The notes beneath the pieces were generated by a model. That model worked only from the letters and a program-made list of their open reading frames with translations, was not told where the DNA came from and searched no databases. This document shows, one piece after another, positions 25,191 through 36,762 of a stretch of 64,000 nt of DNA. Position numbers and translations under genes: made by a program. The stretch lies in contig OX597824.1 in assembly GCA_951406725.2 (NCBI GenBank), forward strand, positions 75,764,001 to 75,828,000, given 5' to 3'. How positions within the stretch are numbered: the first letter of the stretch is position 1; every line of letters starts with the position of its first letter. The stretch is from Octopus vulgaris (lineage: Eukaryota).

Positions 25191-25925
25191 GATGTCTATG
25201 TTCAAAGGATTAAGATTTTAAAAAATTCTATGGCTTATTATTTCTAATTCACTGTGACAAAATGTATTTTCCAATTTCTGGCCTCCACATGTTGACTTAA
25301 TCTCTCTTAGTCCTGTCTAAGTTCTTGTTAATCCATTAAGTCTACTATAGTATTGCTTTCTTTCACTAATAATTTATTGCTTTTGTTTTAAATATCAGAT
25401 AATACTGGTGTATTTCTTATTTTATATGTTTTTTTATTACAGTTTTGTTTTAATTTCTAGTCTATTTTGTTAGTTTGCTTTATCTTTTTATTTTAATATC
25501 GTATTTATGAACAACAGTGTTGTTTGTTGCAGGTTTCTAACAAGCCTATCACTAACTTCACTGCATTTCTGACTATAAGAATAAACAAGGGAGTGTAATA
25601 TAATCTACTGATAAAAATATATTTGAAGGCACTTCATTCATAACGCACCATTTGTCTGGTTTTCTTTACCGATGTTTATATTCTCCACCGATAAAGAGAT
25701 TGTTTCAAAGGGTATAACAAATATTTTAAATGGGATGCAAACATGATTAACGCGATTAAAAAGCTCGCTTCGCAACAGTGTGCTTTCAGGTTTAGTCCCA
25801 CAGTGCGTCTCCTTGGACAAATGTCTTATACGATAATGTTTTGTTGGACAAGCGTCGGCTATTATAGCCTTGGACCGATAAAAGCCTGGTGAGCGATTTT
25901 GGTAGACATAAACTCTGTGGGGTTG

Positions 25926-26940
25926 TGTTGAGTCCGAAAGGGATTTGAGTTCGTAGAGTGAAAATGTAGCGTTGTTCCAGGCGGAGTCTAGAGTTGGTGG
26001 ATCCAGTGAGGTTTGAGGTGGAGTGGCCGGCCAAGCGAGAGTGACAGGCGACAGGGGTGTTCTTACGTAGACGATACAGTAAATAAGGCTTGACGAAGTG
26101 CAGGAGAAGGAGTTCCTAATGAAGAAGGTGTTGTGGTTGGATCCAGTGACGGAGGAGGTGTTGGTGATGAAAGGACAGGTGTGGTAACAAGGTCTGGAGC
26201 AAGGGAAGGATCCAGGATCCGGGCTGGATGAGAATGGAGGAGGGGAGGGAGCTAGGGACCAGTAGATCGCGTAGGTTACGGTCACTTTTGAAGGAGGGGA
26301 AGGGTGAGTTGGGAAAATAGGGAGGGTGCTGGGATCTATCTTCCGACGAATGGGTAGGTGGAGGGGTGGAAAAGGAGGGGAAAGGGGATGCAGTTGGGGG
26401 AACGGTGTGACGGCGGTAGTGCGATCAATTAGACGAGCGCGGGTAATGTCAGTCTGGACAAGGGTGGATGGGTATCCGCGATGCATGAACAAGTGGGCCA
26501 GGTACTGGGACCGGGTCTCGAAATCCTGGTCCCAGCTGCACTGGCGTCGGAGGCGGAGAAACTGGGAGTAGGGGATGGCCTGTTTGGTGTGGGATGGATG
26601 AAAGGAGGAAAAGTTGAAGCAGAGGTAGGAATCTGTGGGTTTAAAGAAGGTGGAGGTGGGTAAGGGGATCAATGGAGGAAGAGATATCGAGGAAGTTTAC
26701 GGCGGTACCAGAGATGGTAGAGGTGAATTCAAGAGAAGGGTGGAAGTTAGAAACGAAAGAGATGAAAATGGAGAGATGTTCGCGGGAGAAAGAGGCAACG
26801 CCAATGCAGTCGTCTATATAGCGACCGTATAGCTCTGAGATCGGTCTGAAGAACTGAGAATATTCGGACATCAACGTAACCAACAAATAAGTTGGAAAAA
26901 TTGGGGCCCATTCTCTTTCCCATAGCAACGCCAAAGAACT
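25926..26940 (-). pseudogene. Penelope-like element, 5'-truncated: RT C-terminal half, Cys-rich linker and partial GIY-YIG endonuclease
   Basis: GVAMGKRMGPNFSNLFVG, YGRYIDDCIG, VNFLDI, KPTDSYLCFNFSSFHPSHTKQAIPYSQFLRLRRQCS and GSFPCSRPCYHTCPFI...FSCTSSSLIYCI; frameshifted. Confidence 0.9.
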
Positions 26941-26946
26941 GCTGGT

Positions 26947-27403
26947 TTTATTTAAAAATCAAAGTACAAAGTTCGGTTAAAATCCATGCTCTTCTGATAT
27001 GTGCCGCCTTCTAACTTTGATAGAAGGTTGCTTGTCAAAAATGAAGCAGATTTATTCTCAATGGAACTGTTTTGAAGAATTATTTTTCTTAAGGGACCGT
27101 CAGAATAAGTAAGACTTTAAAAAATATGACCTTGGGATCGATGTGTTTAACTAAAACCTTTCAGAGCGATGCTCAACCATCACCGCAGCCCAGTGGCTGA
27201 AACAAACAAAAGATAAAAGATAAAAATAATCCACGAACAAAATTAATTTTAAAAAATGATGTAAAAGAAAAAAAGAATTTCTTCAAAACAGTTTCAATGA
27301 GAATAAAGCTGCTTCATTTTATCATTCTATCAAAGTTAGAAGACGGCACAAATCAGAAGAGCATAGAGTTTAAACGAACTTTGTACTTTCATTTCAAAAT
27401 AAC
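26947..27403. repeat. Inverted repeat with ~135-bp arms around a SINE fragment
   Basis: aaagtacaaagttcggttaaa...ctgttttgaagaa versus ttcttcaaaacagtt...tttaaacgaactttgtacttt. Confidence 0.85.
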
Positions 27404-27644
27404 AAGGATATTATTATGAAGAAATATTTTGATGAGAATTATTATAGATTAATTTTCAATTTCATAAGAATTAATATGGATCAATGATCAACTCCGCAGA
27501 GATTACTGTGGATCAATTTTCAAATTCACAAGCATTAGTTTCAATAATGAATAATAATAAAAGATAACCATGTACATATAAACAACATTAATGAAAAGGA
27601 TTAAATACAACTCTTTAAATTTTTGAAAATTATGTTGTTTCATT

Positions 27645-28081
27645 TCATACATACATACATACATACATACATACATGCATGCATGCATGCATGCATACAT
27701 ACATACATACATACATACATACATGCATGCATGCATGCATGCATACATTCATGCATGCATGCATGCATACATACATACATACATGCATTCATGCATGCAT
27801 GAATGCATACATACAAACATACATACATACATACATACATACATACAAGCATACATACAAGCATGCATACATGCATGCATACATACATACATGCATACAT
27901 GCATGCATACATACATACATACATATATACATACATACATACATACATGCATACAAGCATACATACAAGCATGCATACATGCATACATACATACATAATA
28001 CATACATACAAGCATACATACAAGCATAAATACATACATGCATACATACATACATACATACATACATACATGCATGTAATT

Positions 28082-28123
<42 letters not shown>

Positions 28124-28129
28124 TAGATG

Positions 28130-28225
<96 letters not shown>
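27645..28225. repeat. Compound (CATA/CATG)n, (GACA)n, (GATA)n microsatellite
   Basis: Directly visible. Confidence 0.95.
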
Positions 28226-28518
28226 TAAAATTCTGTTGATTCTCTAGAAGTGATGAATTACAGAACTCAGTACAAATGCAGAGTATTCTTAAATATATTA
28301 TAAGTGATAAAGCGAGTCTACTTTTCTTTTGAAATATCCACTGTCTGGATATTTTTCAAATATAAAATGAATATTTTGACGAAAATGCTTATCCTTATGT
28401 TGTTTCGTTTAAAAACCATTGTGAACGTCACGTACAAAAACAGTTGCTTCGAGCTCATAGAAAATGAATACCCATATGCAGACGTTTTTTTTTTTTTTTA
28501 AATTAAAAGTATTAAAAG

Positions 28519-28691
28519 TAGGCGCAGGAGTGGCTGTGTGGTAAGTAGCTTGCTAACCAACCACATGGTTCCGGGTTCAGTCCCACTGCGTAGCATCTTG
28601 GGCAAGTGTCTTCTGCTATAGCCCCGGGCCGACCAATGCCTTGTGAGTGGATTTGGTAGACGGAAACTGAAAAAAGCCTGTCGTATATATG

Positions 28692-28728
<37 letters not shown>

Positions 28729-28940
28729 TTGTGTGTCTGTGTTTGTCCCCCTAGCATTGCTTAACAACCGATGCTGGTGTGTTTACGTCCCCGTCACTTA
28801 GCGGTTCGGCAAAAGACACCGATAGAATAAGTACTGGGTTTACAAAGAATAAACCCCGGGGTCGATTTGCTCGACTAAAGGCGGTGCTCCAGCATGGCCG
28901 CAGTCAAACGACTGAAACAAGTAAAAGAGTAAAGAGAGAG
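28519..28940 (+). mobile_element. SINE family A, full length
   Basis: Matches family consensus. Confidence 0.9.
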
Positions 28941-29036
28941 TATTACTTAAAATATATACTGTTTCGCAACATAGCTTAAACAGCAACGCAATTTCATGCC
29001 TTCGCTTGTGTGGCGTTTAAGACGTTTATAATAGTA

Positions 29037-29423
29037 CTAGCAGTATCGCCCGGCGTTGCTCGGGTTTGTAAGGGAAATAACTATATAAGCATTTTTAGAG
29101 AGTTATAGCAAAAAAATGTATTAACAATGGAATAAAAATGATGGTAAAATTTTTTTTGTATCGTTGACTCATCGTAGACATTTTTAGAGAGTTATTTCCC
29201 TTATATAATAGCGAAGAAAATGCATTAAAATGGAAAAAAATTATGGTAAATTTTTTTTAAATCGTAGACTCATCGTAGACGCGCGCTAATACCCAGAAGG
29301 GCTCGATATGAATCACGACTATAAGATACCCGCTTTTGGTTAAACTGCACCGCAAAATGTGGGAGTAGTTAGGAATCTAAATCGTAGGAGACAGACACAC
29401 AACTTCACTTTTATATATAAAGA
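29037..29423 (-). mobile_element. Non-autonomous Helitron, body type 1
   Basis: Near-identical to 4806-5207; CTAG and hairpin at the left end. Confidence 0.85.
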
Positions 29424-29575
29424 TTACCGCGTGAACCAGAAATGAAATCAAAAGTGTGAGATTCAAGCAGCTGTTTTTGCACGTGTCGTTCTCAAAATAT
29501 TAAAACAGAGCACAAGGATAAGCGTTTTCTTCAAACTTTCATTTCGTATTTCAAAAAATATTCTAACAGTGGATA

Positions 29576-29971
29576 TCTTCTCTATATATATAAAGCTGAA
29601 GTTGTCTGTGTATGGCAGGTTTGGTAGCCTTCAACTAACACTCTCTCCTCCGAGACCCTGCAGCGCAAGTTGACCGAAATTGAGAGTATGATAGAAGAAG
29701 GCTTGCTCTTCCTTCCGTAGAAGAAAAAATTCAAATCGAACCATGTTAACACCAAAACTTATTTACATTAAAAAGGTGCTTTTTTTCTATGAAAATCCCT
29801 ATTTTTTACGATTTTTTTTACGGCTGTGTCGCCATTTTCCCGTGTATCTCAACCAGAAAAATGTTCACTTAAAGAGAATAACAAGCTACATAATGCAAAA
29901 TTTTTACTTTTCAAAAATTCCAATTCTAAAGGGTCGAAACAAACCCGAGCAACGCCGGGTGATACTGCTAG
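29576..29971 (+). mobile_element. Non-autonomous Helitron, body type 2
   Basis: TC start, hairpin + CTAG|t end. Confidence 0.85.
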
Positions 29972-30018
29972 TGAGAAAATAAAGCTAGACTCGGTTTACC
30001 AGCTATGATGGGAAATTA

Positions 30019-30608
30019 TTGGGTTGTCAGAGAAGTTCGTGCCGATTTTTAAAGGAAAGAAAAAGCTCAATAAATACTTGCCATTACATTTTTAATCAAC
30101 CTAATATGAACCATTTTGTTGCACAATGCGTCTCCATCTTTCCTTTAACTTGAAAATACCCTCTCTCCAGAATTGAGGTGGTTTCATGGCAAAGAATTCA
30201 TCAAGGTATCTTTTTACGTCATTCAAGGAATTGAAATTTTTACCATTAAAACTATTCTGCAGAGACCTGAATAAGTGGAAATCCGAAGGAGCAATATCTG
30301 GTGAATATGGAGGGTGGGGTAACACATCCCAGCCGAGCTGCAGCAATTTTTGTCTGGTTCCCAAAGCATCAAGTGCCGAAAATGAACTTTCTTATCTTCC
30401 ATTTTAAATGGTTACAGAATTAACACAGGTTATAGTAACATAAACTTTTTTCCACGAAAAGATAGCTTAAACTGTGCTCTAAATGGAGGTGTAGTCAAAT
30501 CCTATTTTATGGACTCAACCGTGTTCTAAAATAAGTCGAAAGGTAAGCTACTATAAATCGGCACGAACTTTTATGTATATATAAGACTTATAAAAGTCTT
30601 ATGACAAC
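30019..30608 (-). mobile_element. Mariner internal-deletion derivative
   Basis: TIR ta|ttgggttgtcagagaagttcgtgccgattt; ORF remnant TRQKLLQLGWDVLPHPPYSPDIAPSDFHLFRSLQN...RWRRIVQQNGSY; the other TIR (aaatcggcacgaacttt...) is interrupted. Confidence 0.9.
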
Positions 30609-30986
30609 AACAACAACAACAACAACACACACACATATACACAATATATATATACATAATATCACATTATATATTCTTCGAGAAAAGGATGAAAAAAGCT
30701 CTTCGTTACAGAGCGGATGAATGCATTGTTTTACATCGCTTTTATTCCCTCCGGAATAATCTTAATGCTTTCTTCGAAACATAACACCCCCACCACCCCG
30801 CCCTGACCCTAGCCACATTCAGATGGCTGATCCCCCTTATGTTATAGAGCAGTTACTGTCTATATCTCGCTCAGAGATTTATTATTGTTTTCGAACGGAT
30901 TTTCTACGCCAGTGACTGTGGTTACTGTGAAAATCCCTATAAATCCAGCCTGTGGGGGAAGTCCCTCAACGAAGAGCGGTGCTTAC

Positions 30987-31029
30987 CATACGTTGACAAG
31001 AGGCAATAACCTCGAAACCGGTCCATATG
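30987..31029 (+). ncRNA. Type I hammerhead ribozyme, U3:A8 core variant (unit 1)
   Basis: catacg-TTGACAA-gagg caataa cctc-GAAA-ccgg-TC-catatg; predicted cleavage after GUC at 31023. Confidence 0.8.
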
Positions 31030-31346
31030 TAGTATCCGTATCTTCGGGGAGGCTGATCTCCCTTTGCAGGCTGGCAAGGACACCGAGATGGTGTCAGCCC
31101 TTCTGGTGACGTTGATGTTCGCCTGGGGCTAAATGCATCAGTAACACCCCCACCACCCCGCCCTGACCCTAGCCACATTCAGATGGCTGATGCCCCTTAT
31201 GTTATAGAGCAGTTACTGTCTATATCTCGCTCAGAGATTTATTATTGTTTTCGAACGGATTTTCTACGCCAGTGACTGTGATTACTGTGAAAATCCCTAT
31301 ATATCCAGCCTGGAGGGGAAGTCCCTCAACGAAGAGCGGTGCTTAC

Positions 31347-31389
31347 CATACATTGACAAGAGGCAATAACCTCGAAACCGGTCCGTATG
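31347..31389 (+). ncRNA. Type I hammerhead ribozyme, U3:A8 core variant (unit 2)
   Basis: cataca-TTGACAA-gagg caataa cctc-GAAA-ccgg-TC-cgtatg; predicted cleavage after GUC at 31383. Confidence 0.8.
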
Positions 31390-31637
31390 TAGTATCCGTA
31401 TCTTCGGGGAGGCTGATCTCCCTTTGCAGGCTGGCAAGGACACCGAGATGATGTCAGCCCTTCTGGTGACGTTGATGTTCGCCTGGGGCTAAATGCATCA
31501 GTAACACCCCCACCACCCCGCCCTGACCCTAGCCACATTCAGATGGCTGATCCCCCTTATGTTATATATATATATATATCTGTAAAATTAATATGTGACA
31601 ATCCGGCCATCGAAAAAATGCATTTTTTCGATGGCTA

Positions 31638-31698
31638 GATAACTGAAGAGATGGCGGCGTGGGTTTCTACCTCAACATCCGAAACTCGGAGTTTTATC
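31638..31698 (+). ncRNA. Type I hammerhead motif in a short inverted-repeat-flanked module (31581-31735)
   Basis: gataa-CTGAAGA-gatg...catc c-GAAA-ctcggag-TT-ttatc; stem I gataa/ttatc, helix III ACTCGGAGT, GUU triplet. Confidence 0.7.
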
Positions 31699-32125
31699 AT
31701 GGCTACCGTATAATTATCACATTAAATTTTACTGATATATATACATATACGTAAGACTTCTTCATTTTTCCGAGCGTCAAACTAATACACTTGCTTGTTG
31801 CTCATACAACTGTCTTCGTCTTTTGCTTTTCTATAAATTTCAATTATGCATATATATATATATATATCAATAATAATAAAGAGAAAAATTAATTAATTAA
31901 TTTTTCATATCGATCTAATTCTCAAACGCGTCCACAGGTAATCAAATGCAGAGTGAATTTCGTTTTTTTTTCTTTCTGCCTACGTGAATTGTTTTGAGTA
32001 TATGGTGTCCGGGAGTTTCTTCTTATAGTAGAAGAAATAGCTAAGTTCTTTGGCTGCTATTTCAAAAGTTCGGTATGTGGTGAAGCAAATTCTTTTGCTG
32101 AACCCTAATTATAATTATACTCGTA

Positions 32126-32257
<132 letters not shown>

Positions 32258-32564
32258 GAGATTTGATTTAAGAGTTTCATAAATGATAGAAGTATATCAA
32301 AGTGAAGCACACTAAAATTAATGGCTAAAACGACTGATATAAATTAGACATTTAAATAAGCCAAAATCATAGCACGGGATGCTATCATATTGGATAGTCG
32401 TAGTCACAGCGGCAACAATTATGAACTATGTAAACTTGAATAGAAACAGAATCAAAACATATTTGAAGACAATTATCGATGTTCTAAACAAAAAAAACCC
32501 ATTTACTGTGCTATATTGCTTTGAACGTGAAGGATTGACATGGTTAATAAATGCCAGCGTTATT

Positions 32565-33059
32565 TGTTCCTTTACTTAATTCACCCTGATTGAAGTACTC
32601 CGATTAATTATTGCAGAACAAATAAGCTAACAGCTTTAATTCAACTAATTAATAATTCAGGGAAAATATGTTTGGGAAAAATCGCAGGGAACAGCGAAAG
32701 TATCTTCGAAATTTCAGAAGAGCGGGAGAGAAAACAAGGAAAGGAAAGAGAAGGAAAAAACAATAATAAGTATAGAGAGGTAGCCATAATTGCGGTGCCA
32801 GCAATCGTAAACGACATAAATTTGAATAGAAACTGAAGAGAACGAATCTAATTGCGAAAGTGGTCAAAGAATGACGGCAGTGGTATAAACAACTAGATGT
32901 GTATACCAAACTAATGAAATTTTCAACGTGTTTAGATATACGTTATCGTTACCATTACTACAACTACAGTTGTAGTTTTTGCCATAACGTAATTGCGTTT
33001 ATATTATATCAAATATGGTGTTACTATAAGGAACAATCATCATATGTGTAACAATTCTT

Positions 33060-33129
<70 letters not shown>

Positions 33130-35130
33130 GCACAACAGCAATAGTAATAATACTAAATGTAATGGAGTAAATAGACTTAGAAACAATTATAACCAGTATA
33201 ATTTTTCTGGAAGACTTGGGGTACAAAGTGTTGTTTATAATAACTTTAGAATGAATTATGATAATGTAAATGATGATGGGGTGACTAACACACAAAGCAA
33301 TTCTACCGATTATGACTTTGTACCGCATAATTCCCATCCCCACGTTAATAAGATTATGTAACTTTAAGGAGAAATTTGAATGCCCACTAGGAAATAAATG
33401 CCTGACCAAAAACGTTGTGCATATATGTTATGTTAAAACTAACCTAAATACTTTCACTTGTGTTGGTTCCACTTCTTGTATTTTTAAATCAAGATATTTA
33501 ATCATTTTCATACATTTAGAAGGCGAGATAAAGCGAAAACAAACCGCTCTCCGCGGAGATATTGGGAGTTAGATGACAAAAGTGTCGATTTTCATCTGAC
33601 GTGGAGTATCGCTTGATATGCTAAGCCTTATGTTGGTGATAAATAAAGTTACAATTTCTGATGTTAAAAATTCTTGAAAATCTTAAAATGCACAAGTGGT
33701 GTTATGAATAGATCTGATGAATTAAGAATCAACTGACCGCATTCTATCCATAGAAATTTCTTCTACTTTAAACTGATTCTTTAAAGCCTTTCCCGGGTGT
33801 TAAGATTCGTAACTATAACCCTACAATATAGAACTTAATTACTAATAAGATTCATGTATTATATTAAGGTCATATAACTGATCAAATTTAAACTACTTTT
33901 ATCAACTTTAGTTCTAACGACATATACCGATGGCTGTAATTTTATATAATTTATAACTTAATAACTTTATTCAATTTGCTACTGGCCCTAGGCGGTAGTT
34001 TTATAATATTTATTTCATCTTCCATAGTTTGGCCATTTATAATTCTTTATAATTCTTATAAATTCTTTTAACATTTCCTTAATACTTCCTATAATTTTAA
34101 AATTTTTAGTAGTGATCTAACATAGCTACTGAACCTACATGATTTTAATTGAATTGCTTTATTCTCAATAATATTGGTTAAGTGAAACTTTGAGGTGAGT
34201 GGTTTTTTTCCGGTTCTTTTTTTATATATATGGGGAATATCGCTTCTGTTTCGCCTACTATTTTATTACTTCTTTGCAGCTATGTAACTGATCTCTCTAA
34301 ATTTCACTGTCCAGCATAAATTTATAAAGTTTTAGAACCATATCTTTATGTTGAAATTGCTTGTTGCCTAAGCTACTTTCATTAGTCTATTATACTCGTT
34401 TGTGGAGGCGCAATGACCCAGTGGTTAGGGCAGCGGACTCGCGGTCATAGGATCGCGGTTTCGATTCCCAGACCGGGCGTTGTGAGTGTTTATTGAGCGA
34501 AAACATCTAAAAGAGCTCCACGAGGCTCCGGCAGGGGATGGTGGTGATCCCTGCTGTACTCTTTCACTACAACTTTCTCTCACTCTTACTTCCTGTTTCT
34601 GTTGTACCTGTATTTCAAAGGGCCGGCCTTGTCACTCTCTGTGTCACGCTGAATATCCCCGAGAACTACGTTAAGGGTACACGTGTCTGTGGAGTGCTCA
34701 GCCACTTACACGTTAATTTCACGAGCAGGCTGTTCCGTTGATTCGGATCAACCGGAACCCTCGTCGTCGTAACCGACGGAGTGCTTCTATCTATACTCGT
34801 TTATTTGTTTTCCCTATACCATCTCCCCTTAATGTGTTGCCGCTTTCGGTATTAGATTTGTCCTATTCTGTTTGCATTCAATTTTATATAATTTATGATT
34901 GCTGTCCCTGGGATTATTGCTCTTTTTCTATCTATTGTTGTCTTTTCCTTTCCCTTCTCCTCCTTTTTTCTTACGTTCTTCTGGAATTTCGCGCAGAGAC
35001 CTTCGATATTCCCTGCGTTTTTCCTTGAGTTATTTTCCCTGAATTATAATTAGCTGAATTAAAGCTAATATTTTTTGTTTTGAATTTATTGAGCGGAGCA
35101 TTTTAATCAGGATGAATTAAGTAAATGAAT
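32565..35130 (+). mobile_element. 5'-truncated Penelope-like element: inverted terminal segment, Asn-rich linker, GIY-YIG remnant and long 3' region
   Basis: 33350-33760 reads LCNFKEKFECPLGNKCLTKNVVHICYVKTNLNTFTCVGSTSCIFKSRY; 32565-32870 is a diverged inverted copy of 34838-35130; a SINE is inserted at 34403. Confidence 0.75.
34403..34788 (+). mobile_element. SINE family B, full length, tail T1, with TSD
   Basis: tRNA-Arg-like head; tatactcgttt direct repeats. Confidence 0.9.
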
Positions 35131-35543
35131 ATGAAACAGCATTAAGGCTGGGGAATTCCCTGAACATAGTTGCAGCACTTTGAATGATATGAAACTATGA
35201 AACAACATATCTTTATTTCTACTGATGAAACGAAGCTAATTTTACCTAGTCTCGGTCTTCCATACATTGAATATATAAAGAGAAAAATTTGTATGTATTG
35301 AATCGTTGATGTTCTGGCGATCTGATGAGCTAGCTTTCTTTATTTGCATTGATTTGTTTTGTGTAAAGCGTAGCATGCATAATAATGCAGACATGTAGAT
35401 ATTATTATACACTGAAATTATTATTACATGAAGAAGGCTCTGAAAAGGTCGTAATACTAAGGATGTCAAGTGGTTAAATATATCTACACTTGCAATATCA
35501 CCCGACTTTTTTATGGCTTTTAATGAATACATACATACATACA

Positions 35544-35577
<34 letters not shown>

Positions 35578-35643
35578 CATACATACATACATATATACAT
35601 ATATACATTCATACATACATACATACATACATACATACATACA

Positions 35644-35677
<34 letters not shown>

Positions 35678-35678
35678 A

Positions 35679-35731
<53 letters not shown>

Positions 35732-36160
35732 TGCATTGAAGTAAAGATGTGACTAGAATATTTTTCAAGGTTTATGGTTTTGTAATGTTTAACTAAAAAA
35801 GAATTTGAATACCATTGCCGACATTCGTCTATTCTTTGTTAATCCTTATGAATTATTTTGCATAAATAATCCTGTGAATTACCTAACGCATTCTCAGAAG
35901 TGTACGAACCTTACTTTAAAGCTATGGTTTATCTTTATTCATAAGGTATTAAAAGCATTTATACATACATATGTGTGTGTGTATATGTATGCTTGTATGT
36001 ATGTATGTATTTATGTATGTATGTATGTATGTATGTATTATGGAAGTATGTGTGCGTGTGTGTGTGTGTTGCTTAAGCATTGCGAGACTAATCACCTGGT
36101 ATAGAATTCAATATACATATATTTGAGAACAAAATGCGAGACGAATATATATAGCGGTAA

Positions 36161-36360
36161 TAAGAAAAAGGGATGACACAAGAAAAACAATGGTTATGTT
36201 ATGAAGCTTCGCTAGCTTACAGCTATTTCTATTATATAGGATGTAGTGGACTCATAGTACATGAATACCTAAGTCCCCTCCATCCTATATCAGAAACAGC
36301 TGTAAGGTAATAAAGTTCGTAACATAACCATTGTTTTTCCTGTGCGATCTCTTTTTCTTA
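36161..36360. repeat. ~200-bp hairpin, probably an inverted Penelope-type LTR fragment pair
   Basis: aagaaaaacaatggttatgtta...cttacagctatttct...tataggatg versus catcctatat...agaaacagctgtaag...taacataaccattgtttttc; contains the hammerhead 3' half GAAAcagctgTA. Confidence 0.7.
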
Positions 36361-36418
36361 TGTGTGTGAATGTGTGTGCGTGTGTATGCACACACACACA
36401 TACACACACATATATATA

Positions 36419-36692
36419 CAGGGTCAGGCAAAATGATCTGACACATTTGTAGGTTAAATAAAAGGCAAATGAAGTAAAGAAACAAAAAAGTGTTTTTATT
36501 TTTGAAAAGTACATATAATGCCATTTTGTTTCATTATGTTTTAAAAATTAAATCAGTCAAACGGGATCCATTATTGTCCACTCACTGTCGAAGGCGTTCA
36601 CGAAAGTTGTCAATAACTCGGCGGGTCATTTCATGTGGAATGGCAGTAATTTCTTGACGAATTGCATCTTTAAGTTGTTCAATAGATCGAAC

Positions 36693-36695
<3 letters not shown>
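36419..36695 (-). mobile_element. Tc1/mariner 3' end fragment
   Basis: ta|cagggtcaggcaaaatgatctgac TIR; RSIEQLKDAIRQEITAIPHEMTRRVIDNFRERLRQ*VDNNG. Confidence 0.75.

Positions 36696-36759
<64 letters not shown>

Positions 36760-36762
<3 letters not shown>

Larger units (their letters stand above)
30782..31566 (+). repeat. 360-bp head-to-tail repeat (2.2 units), candidate non-LTR retrozyme
   Basis: Units start at 30782, 31142 and 31502; 8 substitutions counted between the two full units; GC-rich, non-coding, one hammerhead per full unit. Confidence 0.85.

Noticed and set aside
25638-26672. 344-aa ORF as an intact gene
   Set aside because: It is a frameshifted Penelope remnant reading through into a SINE fragment and flanking DNA.
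27503-28090. ORFs rich in YI, CV, HT, MYVC, poly-N or poly-I here and across the window
   Set aside because: They are translations of (TA)n, (CA)n, (CATA)n and (ATT)n microsatellites, open on several frames and both strands.
30885-31538. Four 68-74 aa ORFs in the 360-bp repeat
   Set aside because: Non-ATG or weak starts, one truncated by a substitution in unit 2, no recognisable motifs; RNA structure explains the unit better.
32833-32875. CTGAAGA...GAAA...GTC hammerhead-like string
   Set aside because: Stems I and II cannot pair, and the motif is not kept in the inverted copy near 34840.
34403-34476. tRNA-Arg-like sequence as a real tRNA gene
   Set aside because: No proper acceptor stem or oligo-T terminator, and it runs into a SINE body flanked by a TSD; the same applies to the other heads.
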